Assembly: GCA_037128175.1 (NCBI GenBank) | Contig: JBAXWY010000008.1 | Location: 26,660-90,659, forward strand | Length of the DNA: 64,000 nucleotides | Source: Methanothrix sp. | GTDB taxonomy: Archaea > Halobacteriota > Methanosarcinia > Methanotrichales > Methanotrichaceae | Reading direction: 5' to 3' | In this document: positions 1 to 8,670 of the stretch, piece after piece | How positions within the stretch are numbered: position 1 is the stretch's first letter | Layout: every line of letters begins with the position of its first letter | Position numbers and translations under genes: made by a program | Notes under the pieces: generated by a model | Databases searched by the model: none | Seen by the model: the letters and a program-made list of their open reading frames with translations, nothing else | Told to the model about the DNA's origin: nothing

Positions 1-188
1 GCATAGGCGCGATGCTCCGGATAAACGTAAGACGACCCCAGACCATCCACCACCAGGATGATTGCCCCGTCTGGCTCTGCCACGGGCCCCACCTGCACAT
101 CAATGGCCCCCGCGACGGGAAATAGTGATAATAATAGTAATAATTGTAATAATAAAAATGAATGTTGTTTAGGATGGCGCGAGAGCAT
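1..188 (-). CDS. Secreted alkaline-phosphatase/sulfatase-superfamily protein, 5' part only (runs off the window start)
   Basis: Manual translation from ATG at 188: MLSRHPKQHSFLLLQLLLLLSLFPVAGAIDVQVGPVAEPDGAIILVVDGLGSSYVYPEHRAY. It has a signal peptide and an IILVVDGLG metal-binding motif. Not in the ORF track. Confidence 0.65.
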   Translation of the reverse strand, partial: MLSRHPKQHSFLLLQLLLLLSLFPVAGAIDVQVGPVAEPDGAIILVVDGLGSSYVYPEHRAY

Positions 189-212
189 AAAACACGAACT
201 AAAATAAAATCG

Positions 213-386
213 CTCTGTAGGTCCTCTGTGCGCTCTGTGTCTCTGTGGTGGCCGTCCGTTCGCTGTGTTTTGTTGTTGTTCTTTGTGCCTTTGTGCCTTT
301 GTGGTGAAAAGTCGTCGCCCGTTGCAGCTAAAGCACCGATCGCGACCATCAACCAAAAAGACACAACGCTCACAAAGTACGCACAA
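213..386. repeat. Dispersed REP-like repeat locus A (three CTCTGTG/CACAGAG-periodic units)
   Basis: 279-307 is the exact reverse complement of 50746-50774. 213-251 matches the reverse complement of 50879-50919. 351-386 is a decayed inverted unit. Confidence 0.85.
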
Positions 387-435
387 TATTCTCAACAAAA
401 AGAAAAAAGGGCGGATCATCCAAGATCTGCTATCT

Positions 436-1623
436 TCAGAAGTCCGTCATGACCCGGTACTGGTCAATCTCTGTCTGCTTGAGGCCCGTCAGGAACTGCT
501 CGGCCATGTCGCGAATATCCTTGGAACGGGTGATAGCTCTGCCCACTACCAGGATGTTCGCGCCTGCCGCCAGAGCCGCGCCCTCGGTATCCACGCGAAT
601 GCCGCCCGCTACAGCCACCAGCAGCCTTCTTCCATCTTTGGCAAGGGCCTGAATATCACGAATGTTATTCCAGGCGTGCGCGCTCAACTCATTGTCGATG
701 GCCCGGTGCAGCTCGACCACGTCCGGTAAAACTTCGAGCCCCTTCAGGACTGTCAGCGGATCGGGCACATTGAGCATGTCGATGATGGAGTAGATGCCGG
801 TCTTTCTGGCCTCTCGAATGGACAGCTCCAGCGTCTTCTTAGGGGCGAGGCCGGATATGACCACGGCGTCAGCTGTGGAGTCCGCTGCCAGGCGCACCTC
901 CAGGTTACCGGTGTCCAGAGTCTTCAGATCCAGGATGACAAAGGCGCCCGGCCGAATGGCACGAATCTCCTTGACCACACTGATGCCCAGCATCTTGACC
1001 AGGGGCGTACCCACCTCAATGAGAATGTGATCGCTATCAGGTAGGGCCGTTAGCACGCGGCGCACCTCGGCCACATCCACCAGATCGAAGGCCACCTGCA
1101 AGTATGGTGGGTCCCAGAGCCGGGTGACCCGGAAGCCCATGATGGGATGAGTAGAGCGGTCCTTCTCGTAGAGCACCAGATCTACATCCGGGAATCCGGT
1201 CATGGCTCTTTCCAGGGCCAGCTTGGTCGCACCGTAATTGTAGCGATAGATGGCGTCGTAGTCTTTGGCCTGGGGATGAATGAACACGGATACTATTATC
1301 AGCAGCTCTTCAGCCTTGTCCTTGGGAATGATGCCCTCTGCTACCGCATCCGCCACGGCCTTGGCCACGGCCATCTGGGCCGGGCCGAAGATCTGGGCGA
1401 CTTGATCCATATTCTTCACAGTAACTTTGGGTACTATGAGAGTGGACGGCTTGGCCGGCAAATTGGGCCGGATAACACCTAAAAGGGGCGTGTGCCCTGC
1501 CGAAAGCTGCGAAAGCGCGGAGGCAAAAGCCGTGGCTACCGGCCCCTCCTTATCTCCGATGATCAGATCGATATGAGCAATCTCAGGCTCCTTTCCTATA
1601 AGAGCCTCTCCAACTAAAAACAA
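436..1623 (-). CDS. fae-hps: Bifunctional formaldehyde-activating enzyme / 3-hexulose-6-phosphate synthase
   Basis: N-terminal Fae domain (GEALIG...AHIDLIIG...FGPAQ...VFIHP) fused to an HPS domain ([28 protein letters not shown]). Confidence 0.95.
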   Translation of the reverse strand: MFLVGEALIGKEPEIAHIDLIIGDKEGPVATAFASALSQLSAGHTPLLGVIRPNLPAKPSTLIVPKVTVKNMDQVAQIFGPAQMAVAKAVADAVAEGIIPKDKAEELLIIVSVFIHPQAKDYDAIYRYNYGATKLALERAMTGFPDVDLVLYEKDRSTHPIMGFRVTRLWDPPYLQVAFDLVDVAEVRRVLTALPDSDHILIEVGTPLVKMLGISVVKEIRAIRPGAFVILDLKTLDTGNLEVRLAADSTADAVVISGLAPKKTLELSIREARKTGIYSIIDMLNVPDPLTVLKGLEVLPDVVELHRAIDNELSAHAWNNIRDIQALAKDGRRLLVAVAGGIRVDTEGAALAAGANILVVGRAITRSKDIRDMAEQFLTGLKQTEIDQYRVMTDF

Positions 1624-1691
1624 AAAGATTCACCTCGAAATGGAGGTTGAGCAATCTCTCTATTTTAATCCTTTCTCACGAGGCGCGCACA

Positions 1692-2849
1692 CTAGATCAG
1701 TTGCCAGTAGATAAGAGGGGCCAGCGCCAGCAGGGCCAGGCCCGTGGCCAGCCTCATTCCTACTCTATGATCCTTGCGAAAAGCGTCCACCTGCCCCGGG
1801 CTCATGCCTAGAGCAATGGCCCCGCCCAGGATAATGATGGGCAAAATTACTCCCAGGTTGAAGAAAAACAGATAGGTAGCCCCCTCAAAGTAGCTTCTGG
1901 CCGAGAGAAGATCCAGTATCGCGAGGTAGATGGCACCCACACAGGGGGCTTTGACCAGGGAGAAGAGCGCCCCTATGAGGAAGTACGAGCTGAAGCGGCC
2001 CTTGTCAACCCCGGCCTGGAAGTACTTGAGAGCCCAATCCGTACGAAAGAGGGATGGCCGTCCCTGATGGAGCCGCAGCGCATCCCAGACCTGAGAGAGG
2101 CCGGCCAACAGGAGAAAGGCAGTCAGGATATAGCGGAAGGCACTGGCTATCGCTTCTGTCTGGAGCAGTTGCTGCATGCCCAGGCCGAAGAGAAAGTACA
2201 TGGTAAAGATGCCCAAGGAAAAGAACACCACCATCGTAACCATCTCCCGCCTCTTCCCCTTAGAGGAGAGAACGGATGCCGCCAGGAAGACCAGGATGCC
2301 AAGCAAGCAGGGATTGAAGCCCGCCACCAGGCCCGCACCTAAAACGGCAGAAATGGTGTAAAGAGATATCTCCTGCAAATTCAGACCCTGGCCACTGGCT
2401 GCGCTCAGGTTCTGCTTGGTGCTCTCATTGCCGGGCAGGGTGAAAGCAGCCGGAAGATTAGGAGTCTGGTTGGCCAGGGCGCCTTTGATGAGCTTTTCCA
2501 GCAAGGCGTTGTCTCCCTCATAATCCCTATAATTTATGACCTGCACGCCGATTATGATGGCAGGAACATCCTTGGCTCGATACTGCTTGATGATACGGTG
2601 CCCCTCATCGGAATAATAGTAATGCGTGCTGACATTGATGGGCACCTCTTGCTCGATCTTCTCAAGAGTTCTCTCCGCCGCGGCACATTTCGTGCATCCT
2701 GGGGACTTGATGAAGATGACCTCGGCGGCACCCGTGGCATTTTTCCCGGAAGCGGCAACGCTGTTTTGGAATAGCAGAGCTGCGCTTAAGAGCATGACAA
2801 GCACGATGAAGAGAGCAGTGACCGCAATGCGAGGCATGATTGTGCGCAT
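1692..2849 (-). CDS. CcdA/DsbD-type membrane thiol-disulfide protein with an N-terminal exported thioredoxin-like domain
   Basis: Signal peptide, a CTKC motif, then six transmembrane segments carrying the conserved FNPC and KAPC cysteines. Confidence 0.8.
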   Translation of the reverse strand: MRTIMPRIAVTALFIVLVMLLSAALLFQNSVAASGKNATGAAEVIFIKSPGCTKCAAAERTLEKIEQEVPINVSTHYYYSDEGHRIIKQYRAKDVPAIIIGVQVINYRDYEGDNALLEKLIKGALANQTPNLPAAFTLPGNESTKQNLSAASGQGLNLQEISLYTISAVLGAGLVAGFNPCLLGILVFLAASVLSSKGKRREMVTMVVFFSLGIFTMYFLFGLGMQQLLQTEAIASAFRYILTAFLLLAGLSQVWDALRLHQGRPSLFRTDWALKYFQAGVDKGRFSSYFLIGALFSLVKAPCVGAIYLAILDLLSARSYFEGATYLFFFNLGVILPIIILGGAIALGMSPGQVDAFRKDHRVGMRLATGLALLALAPLIYWQLI

Positions 2850-2941
2850 CAGCTACCTAAGGTACACAAGAGGTATAAAATCCCCCTGATCCGGGGGATT
2901 GAGTCCTAAATCCCCCGTCCCATCAAATTCACCCTTTAGAT

Positions 2942-3517
2942 TCACTCTTCGGTGACATAATTAAGGGTCGGCTTATTCTCTTTTGAGGCCTCGCTGGAAG
3001 TGAATGCCACAGAAGCGTCATCTTCTGCTACCATTATTATAGAGTAACCGCACCCATCCACGCAGGTCTGCACCGCCTTCTTGATGATATCAGTCACGTC
3101 CCAGGTGTAGCTTCCCGCTTTATCGATATTCACGGGGGAAGAGTAAACCGTGGCATTGTAATCCTTTTTGTCATACCAGGTCGTTTCTAAAGTCGGTCCC
3201 TGCAAGAAGTAAGCCTTGACATTGCCGGGCTTGTCCACCTTTGTAGCATCAAGGGTCAAGGTCGCGGATGCAATCTGCTCCGGCTTGAAGATTCCCTGTG
3301 CGCCGAACATATTGATAACGCTCAAGTAGACCTGTTTTGTGGGCTCTGCTCCCGCTGATGCGGCCCAGAGTAGATCGTTATCTGTAAAGCTCTGGTTGGC
3401 TTGATCCGCATCCACATAGGTATCGACGTCCATCTCGGCTGTAAAGCTCCCGGCGGCGGCAGTGGCAGCCAGAAGCAGGAATATGCCCATAAGTGCATAC
3501 AAATATCTCAAATTCAT
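2942..3517 (-). CDS. Secreted DNRLRE/CBM96-like domain protein
   Basis: Signal peptide; DTYVD, SATLTL, YTWDVTDII and FTSSEA...PTL motifs typical of DNRLRE domains. Confidence 0.65.
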   Translation of the reverse strand: MNLRYLYALMGIFLLLAATAAAGSFTAEMDVDTYVDADQANQSFTDNDLLWAASAGAEPTKQVYLSVINMFGAQGIFKPEQIASATLTLDATKVDKPGNVKAYFLQGPTLETTWYDKKDYNATVYSSPVNIDKAGSYTWDVTDIIKKAVQTCVDGCGYSIIMVAEDDASVAFTSSEASKENKPTLNYVTEE

Positions 3518-3577
3518 TTCCTCCACTAGAGAGTACCTGTAATCAAACAAATAAAAAGACGTACGTTCATGTGGAAC

Positions 3578-4486
3578 TTATGTAGGCAATATCCGAAACG
3601 TATATTCTCCTTGCAGCGTTACCTTCTTTGCCATTCCTCCAAACCTCGCCCCCAGGATCAGCTCCCCTATCTCCTCCTTCATCACTCTGGCAATGCCGAC
3701 GATGGATGTGGTTGGCCGGGCGTTCACATCCACGACCCTGGGCCGTTCCCCCAACACAAAGTCGATTCCCGCATAGCCGGAGAGGCCCAGCGCCACAGCC
3801 GCCCTTCTCGCTTCAGCCCAAATTTCATCAGCGCGGGGCGTGTTGTAGGGCACCTGGCTTCCCTGGTAGCTCATGCCCTCGCCCCGAAAGTCGATGAGCT
3901 GGCGATTGATGGTGAGCGGCAAAAAGCTCCCATCGCCCACGATGAAGCTGGCGGACAGGTGCAGCCCCTCATGGTAGCGGGTGACGATCTCCCCGAAACC
4001 CGCCCGGGCAAAAGAGGTGACGCGCACGCCCTCTGAGCCACAACCCGTGCGCGGCTTAACCACATAACGGTGGCAGCCCTGCTCCACTGGATCGGGCCTA
4101 TCCACGATCTCAGCCACGGGAACTCCCGCTCGCGCCAGTGCCTGGGTGCAGAGCAGCTTGTCGGCGCATAGCCGCGCCGCGTCGGGACTTGCCCCCAGGT
4201 TCACCGTGTTTTTCTCCAGGATCTCCAGAAGGTGCGGCTGCAGGTCGTCTGGGGCAATCAGGAGCCCGGCATCCGCTTTGCAGTCCAGGACGCCTTCAAA
4301 CTCCTCTTCTCCCTTCATGAGAATGGGCCGGCCCGCCTCTACAACAGGCCCAAATGTGGGATAAAGCACCTCATGCCCGGCCCTCTCGAAGCTGGTCGCC
4401 AGAGTTGCCAGCATGGCTCGCCCCTCCCGCTCGCATGTCCCGCAAAGGCCAAGGGCGGAGGCGTACTCGGCAATAAGAATCTTCAT
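3578..4486 (-). CDS. mfnD: ATP-grasp protein, tyramine--L-glutamate ligase (MfnD)-like, methanofuran biosynthesis
   Basis: MKILIAEY start, LIAPDD, CADKL, VVKPRTGCGS, YAGIDF and VVDVNARPTTS motifs. Confidence 0.7.
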   Translation of the reverse strand: MKILIAEYASALGLCGTCEREGRAMLATLATSFERAGHEVLYPTFGPVVEAGRPILMKGEEEFEGVLDCKADAGLLIAPDDLQPHLLEILEKNTVNLGASPDAARLCADKLLCTQALARAGVPVAEIVDRPDPVEQGCHRYVVKPRTGCGSEGVRVTSFARAGFGEIVTRYHEGLHLSASFIVGDGSFLPLTINRQLIDFRGEGMSYQGSQVPYNTPRADEIWAEARRAAVALGLSGYAGIDFVLGERPRVVDVNARPTTSIVGIARVMKEEIGELILGARFGGMAKKVTLQGEYTFRILPT

Positions 4487-4558
4487 GGATACAATTGCGG
4501 CCCAAACGTACTTAATCCTAGGCTTTATATGCGCGGGTAAAAAAATGCAATTTCACGA

Positions 4559-4966
4559 TCATTTTTCGAGAGATCCGCTTCTCTTGATTAAATAGTACCC
4601 CAAAGACAGCGATATTATGATAGCTGAAAGCCCGAGCAGTCCCATATCATCCGTACCGTCGTTTATCTCCATGATGATGACTTTTCTGGCCATAACGATC
4701 AAGGCCACCAGCAATACACTCAGGACGTTAACCGTCTTATCCCGTTGAAAGGTCTTGAAGGTCTCCAGAAGCTCCACTCCGATGAGCACTAATAGGATGC
4801 TTCCGAAAAAGCTCAATAGCTCGGCAGTCTGCAGGCTTAAAGGAGGGAATATTAGGTATTTGGCCAGGGTGTAGATCACATCTAAAGTGGCCACAAGCGT
4901 TACAATTGCCATTGTCCAAATTAATAATGTAAATATTATATTCTGAAAACGTTCAAGGTATTTCAT
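4559..4966 (-). CDS. Phosphate-starvation-inducible PsiE family membrane protein
   Basis: Four transmembrane segments; LIGVELLET and ALIVMARKVII motifs. Confidence 0.85.
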   Translation of the reverse strand: MKYLERFQNIIFTLLIWTMAIVTLVATLDVIYTLAKYLIFPPLSLQTAELLSFFGSILLVLIGVELLETFKTFQRDKTVNVLSVLLVALIVMARKVIIMEINDGTDDMGLLGLSAIIISLSLGYYLIKRSGSLEK

Positions 4967-5260
4967 AAATCTGAGCCCATCACCTCAATCTCGCTTCACT
5001 CGCTTCACGCACCATGTGGTAAAATGTTAGATGTTAAATATAAAGTTATTTCTTTTTTGGAGGGCCATAATCAAATGCATCGCTCTCGGAGCCCTCGAAA
5101 AAAGCACCGAAGCCAAAGCCGCTTTCGCCAGAGCCATGAGCTGGGCTATGCGAGCCAATACTCGCTTTCGAGTAGTGCGGGTGACCTGTAATCCATCACT
5201 CTTTTTTTGATATGCTTTGAACTGCTGGAGTACTATGTCGGGCTCTCGACCGCCAACTAC

Positions 5261-5280
5261 AAATATTTATAACGATTATA
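5261..5280. promoter_or_regulatory. TATA box, possibly bidirectional, upstream of the structured RNA
   Basis: TTTATAA at 5266-5272 on + (TTATAAAT on -), about 30 nt before the structured GC-rich region starts. Confidence 0.55.
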
Positions 5281-5296
5281 CAAGTAATTAGTCACT

Positions 5297-5750
5297 TCAT
5301 GCCATGATAGGGTGGCGGGCGTGCCGTGGGCTTAACGTATCCGATAATGCTCTGATGACAAGGAAGCTTTTTCCTTGGTACAGGAGATGCATGCCTTCGT
5401 GGCACTGCATTTGGCTACGGGCCTGTGGGGCTGAAACTCCGGCTGGCTGAAAAAGTTGCGCGCTGTAACTGGCGCAGTAATCTGCCGGGAGTCTCACGCT
5501 AATACACGGTCGGGGCATGTTGCGGCACAAGTAGAACGGAGTAGAAGGCGAGAGGGCGAGCATCATGGCCCCATGAGAAAAGGGTTCCGGTAATTCGGAC
5601 GCTGTGTGAGATTCCAGCGCGCTGCCGCCTTCGAGCTGGTTTAATGTCGGGTTTCGGGCAGGTCCAGGCCATCACTTCGGTGAATGGCTCCAGCCTGTTG
5701 GGGCGTTGCGGATCGACGCTGGCCTGCCCAGAGACTTCGGTTATGCTATT
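5297..5750 (+). ncRNA. Putative large (~450 nt) structured non-coding RNA of unknown class
   Basis: No credible ORF; upstream TATA box; many helices with G-U pairs and UUCG loops on the + strand (e.g. 5651-5664/5721-5735, 5668-5688, 5488-5499/5604-5615, 5359-5377); T-rich 3' end. Confidence 0.65.
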
Positions 5751-5760
5751 TTGTAAGTTT

Positions 5761-6606
5761 TTAAACCAATGGCCGGGGCTGCTTCTTCTCGGGCAAAACC
5801 GGCAGAGACATGGTATTTATCAGAAGCGGCTGTTCTACATCCTTGGCTCTCTCCACCAGCAGCTCCTTGCCCCAGCGTGTCAGGCCGAAGAGCGGCACGG
5901 CGGTTCCCACCTGCACCAGAGGCTTTACCTGCTCACGAATGTGCTTTGAGGCGCAGGCGGTAACAATATCGGCTACAGCCAAAAGCCTCGCCGCATCTTC
6001 TCTGCTTAGGGCGGTGAGATGAACACCCACAATCATTATCCGAACTCTCGTCGTCTTCTCCAGCTCTCGCAGCTTTTCCGCAGATGCTGCATCGGCTACC
6101 GTGACGGCAAATTTCTTGTACCCGGCCGCTGCCGCATAGGCCGCCCCTTCTATCTGGTCTATCTTGCCGTCCTGGGGGGAGAGCACATGCCCATCCCTGG
6201 CCCGGATGCCTTCGATTACCTCTGGTATGGGATCGGTCTTAACAAGTCCAGATATGTAGCCGCCCATGCCCTGAACCAGATCGGCATTGGCTGTTATCAC
6301 GCTGCCCGCTCCATCGCAAACGGTAACTGCTGCGTCGATAATTCCTGTCTTTATGCCGGTCATCATGGACTCGGAGGCCCCAAAGCCCACGAAGATGCCC
6401 ATCTGCAGCTTGCGCCGCGCCGAGAACATACCGTGATTTTTTATTCTAAACTCCATATTTGCAGCCGCCGATTCAGCAGTCACTTTTTTTATGCCCCTGA
6501 TCTTGTCGAAGAGCGGACACCACTCAATCAAGGGCTCGCTCGCATCCAGAACCTTTTCGCCTTCCACTTTGACGCGAGATTTGCCTAATAGCTCCATTAT
6601 GTGCAT
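5761..6606 (-). CDS. Methanogenesis marker 8 protein (DUF2099)
   Basis: HIMELLGK, WCPLF, FVGFGASE, VCDGAG, QGMGGYISGLV and TACASK motifs. Confidence 0.9.
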   Translation of the reverse strand: MHIMELLGKSRVKVEGEKVLDASEPLIEWCPLFDKIRGIKKVTAESAAANMEFRIKNHGMFSARRKLQMGIFVGFGASESMMTGIKTGIIDAAVTVCDGAGSVITANADLVQGMGGYISGLVKTDPIPEVIEGIRARDGHVLSPQDGKIDQIEGAAYAAAAGYKKFAVTVADAASAEKLRELEKTTRVRIMIVGVHLTALSREDAARLLAVADIVTACASKHIREQVKPLVQVGTAVPLFGLTRWGKELLVERAKDVEQPLLINTMSLPVLPEKKQPRPLV

Positions 6607-6774
6607 TTAGTCCACCAAAGAAATGTAAAAGCTACTCTCACTTCAGCCTTGCGGGCAAAAATTCATACATATAAAAAAATAATTAATAAGATACGCAGGT
6701 TTTTCACCTCAATGGAATTATTTTCGACGAAACTTATATATATGTTATCACTCTTTATGCGCCTGGTGACCGCT

Positions 6775-7152
6775 TTGAATACATCAACCGCCTCAGACCT
6801 GAAAGTAGAGCGCGATGAATTTGCATCCATACTCATGAAGGTAGGCCTGAAAAGGAACGTGGCCAAAGTTTTGACCTATCTGGCAGGGATGGCAGAGGCA
6901 ACATCTCGCGAGATAGAGATTGGATCGGATCTTCGCCAACCGGAAGTGAGCATTGCCATGCGGGAGATTCGAAAACTGGACTGGATTGCAGAGAGGGACG
7001 AGAAAAATCCAGGAAAGGGACGACCATATCGCATTTACAAGTTAAATAGAAGCCTTCCTGAAATTGTCGATTACCTGGAGAATGAGAAGTCAAAGGAATC
7101 CGAGAAGATGATGAGGCAGATTGAAAAGCTCAAATCCTTGAGGGCCAATTGA
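6775..7152 (+). CDS. Winged-helix transcriptional regulator
   Basis: SREIEIGSDLRQPEVSIAM helix-turn-helix and GKGRPYRIYKL wing. TTG start chosen after a GGTGA RBS; TATA at about 6734. Confidence 0.85.
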   Translation: MNTSTASDLKVERDEFASILMKVGLKRNVAKVLTYLAGMAEATSREIEIGSDLRQPEVSIAMREIRKLDWIAERDEKNPGKGRPYRIYKLNRSLPEIVDYLENEKSKESEKMMRQIEKLKSLRAN

Positions 7153-7234
7153 ACCGCACAACATTTTCTTTTCTATATGCCAAAAACTATATACTGATTG
7201 ATCACTAGAATAAGGCAGAACAAAAGTAGAGGGG

Positions 7235-8353
7235 ATGGAGATTAAGTACATCATCGACGAAGCCCTGGGCAGATCTGAGGCCGAGAGCAGGATCAAGCCT
7301 TCCAGCATGATCCAGAGCGATGAAGAGCTGGTTATGGTTTTAGAAGAGCTGACCACGGTTATCCGAGTTATAGGATGCGGTGGAGGCGGCTCGAATACTA
7401 TCGACCGTCTGGCAGAGTGCGGCATCCAGGGTGCGGAGCTGTTTGCCATCAATACCGATGCCCAGCATCTTTTGCACATCAATGCCGACCGACGTTTCCT
7501 TATTGGCAGGCGCACCACACGCGGCCTGGGGGCAGGAAGCCTGCCCGCCATCGGAGAGGAGGCAGCCCAGGAGGATATCGATGAGATTAAAGCCTCCGTG
7601 GAAGGAGCAGATATGGTCTTCGTTACCTGTGGACTTGGCGGTGGCACGGGCACAGGGGCCTCTCCCGTAGTAGCGGAAGCCGCACGCGAGGCAGGGGCTC
7701 TCACCATTGCCATCGTCACTATCCCCTTCAGTGCAGAAGGCTCCATCAGAATGCAGAATGCCGAAGCCGGCCTGAAAAGACTGCGAGAGGTTTCGGACAC
7801 AGTAATTGTGGTGCCCAATGACCGGCTCTTAGATGTGGTCCCCAACCTCCCCTTGCAGGCCGCGTTCAAAGTCGCCGATGAGGTGCTGATGCGCTCCGTC
7901 AAGGGCATCACTGAGCTGATCACCCGGCCCGGGCTAATCAATCTGGACTTTGCCGATGTCAGAACTGTCATGACCAACGGCGGCGTGGCCATGATCGGCA
8001 TGGGCGAGGCAGAAGGCGAGGAGAAGGCACGCGACTCCGTCATGAAGGCTCTAAGAAGCCCTCTTCTGGATGTGGATGTATCGGGCGCGACCTCGGCCCT
8101 GGTAAACGTGGTGGGTGGCCCGGACATGACTATCACCGATGCCGAAACGGTGGTAGATGAGGTCTACCAGAAGATCAATCCCGATGCTCGCATAATCTGG
8201 GGCGCGCAGATAGACCCGAACCTGGAGCATACTCTGCGAACCATGCTTGTGGTCACAGGTGTATCGTCCCCGCAAATACTGGGAAAGGACACAAACCGGC
8301 GTGTTACATCCAGGCATGGCATAGACTTTCTACCTCGCCGGGCACGCTACTGA
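7235..8353 (+). CDS. ftsZ: Cell division protein FtsZ (FtsZ1-like)
   Basis: [23 protein letters not shown] and a C-terminal GIDF motif. Confidence 0.97.
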   Translation: MEIKYIIDEALGRSEAESRIKPSSMIQSDEELVMVLEELTTVIRVIGCGGGGSNTIDRLAECGIQGAELFAINTDAQHLLHINADRRFLIGRRTTRGLGAGSLPAIGEEAAQEDIDEIKASVEGADMVFVTCGLGGGTGTGASPVVAEAAREAGALTIAIVTIPFSAEGSIRMQNAEAGLKRLREVSDTVIVVPNDRLLDVVPNLPLQAAFKVADEVLMRSVKGITELITRPGLINLDFADVRTVMTNGGVAMIGMGEAEGEEKARDSVMKALRSPLLDVDVSGATSALVNVVGGPDMTITDAETVVDEVYQKINPDARIIWGAQIDPNLEHTLRTMLVVTGVSSPQILGKDTNRRVTSRHGIDFLPRRARY

Positions 8354-8361
8354 GAGCGGAT

Positions 8362-8670
8362 GTGATAGTAATTCTGACCGAGAAGGTGAGCGGTGAGCTT
8401 GAGATGCTGCAACGGCACCTGGTCATCCTCAAGCAAGTGGTGGAGAACGAGCCCATAGGTATCCTCAAACTGGCAGAGGAGACAAAGATACCCAGCCACA
8501 AGGTACGTTATTCCCTGCGGGTTTTAGAACAGGAAGGATTAATCAAGGCTTCTGCTCCGGGAGCGGTGACCACGGAGGAAACCCAATCTTTTCTAAAAGA
8601 GCTGGATGGCATGATTGAGAATCTGGCCAAGCGGACAGAGGATCTGTTAAAGGTCAAGATCGCGAGGTAA
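8362..8670 (+). CDS. Small winged-helix protein
   Basis: EPIGILKLA...HKVRYSLRVLEQEGLI pattern; tightly linked to ftsZ. Confidence 0.8.
   Translation: MIVILTEKVSGELEMLQRHLVILKQVVENEPIGILKLAEETKIPSHKVRYSLRVLEQEGLIKASAPGAVTTEETQSFLKELDGMIENLAKRTEDLLKVKIAR

Noticed and set aside
213-386. CRISPR array
   Set aside because: Units alternate in orientation, are internally periodic and lack regular unique spacers; no cas genes are in the window.
162-452. 96-aa ORF (and the similar 50582-50974 ORF)
   Set aside because: Read-through of the periodic repeat units, not a real gene.
2879-2900. AATCCCCC/GGGGGATT palindrome
   Set aside because: Single short hairpin between co-oriented genes; probably an ordinary terminator or operator, with nothing further to support a call.
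5098-5113. Resemblance to the tracrRNA 3' end (TCGGTGCTTTTTT on the - strand)
   Set aside because: Short match only, with no Cas9 or anti-repeat; treated as coincidence.
5297-5566. 89-aa minus-strand ORF over the structured region
   Set aside because: No recognisable motifs or RBS; the UUCG loops and G-U pairs fit a + strand RNA better.
5297-5750. RNase P RNA, SRP RNA, tmRNA, rRNA fragment or group I/II intron as the identity of the structured region
   Set aside because: No GAGGAAAGTCC/ACAGAA..GCTTA pair, no SRP helix 8 motif, no tRNA-like ends, only very short 16S-like words, no GTGCG start or domain V, and no host gene.
7090-8136. 348-aa antisense ORF opposite ftsZ (also 62754-63494, 23449-24267 and 56222-57337)
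   Set aside because: Shadow ORFs caused by codon bias on the strand opposite well-supported genes.
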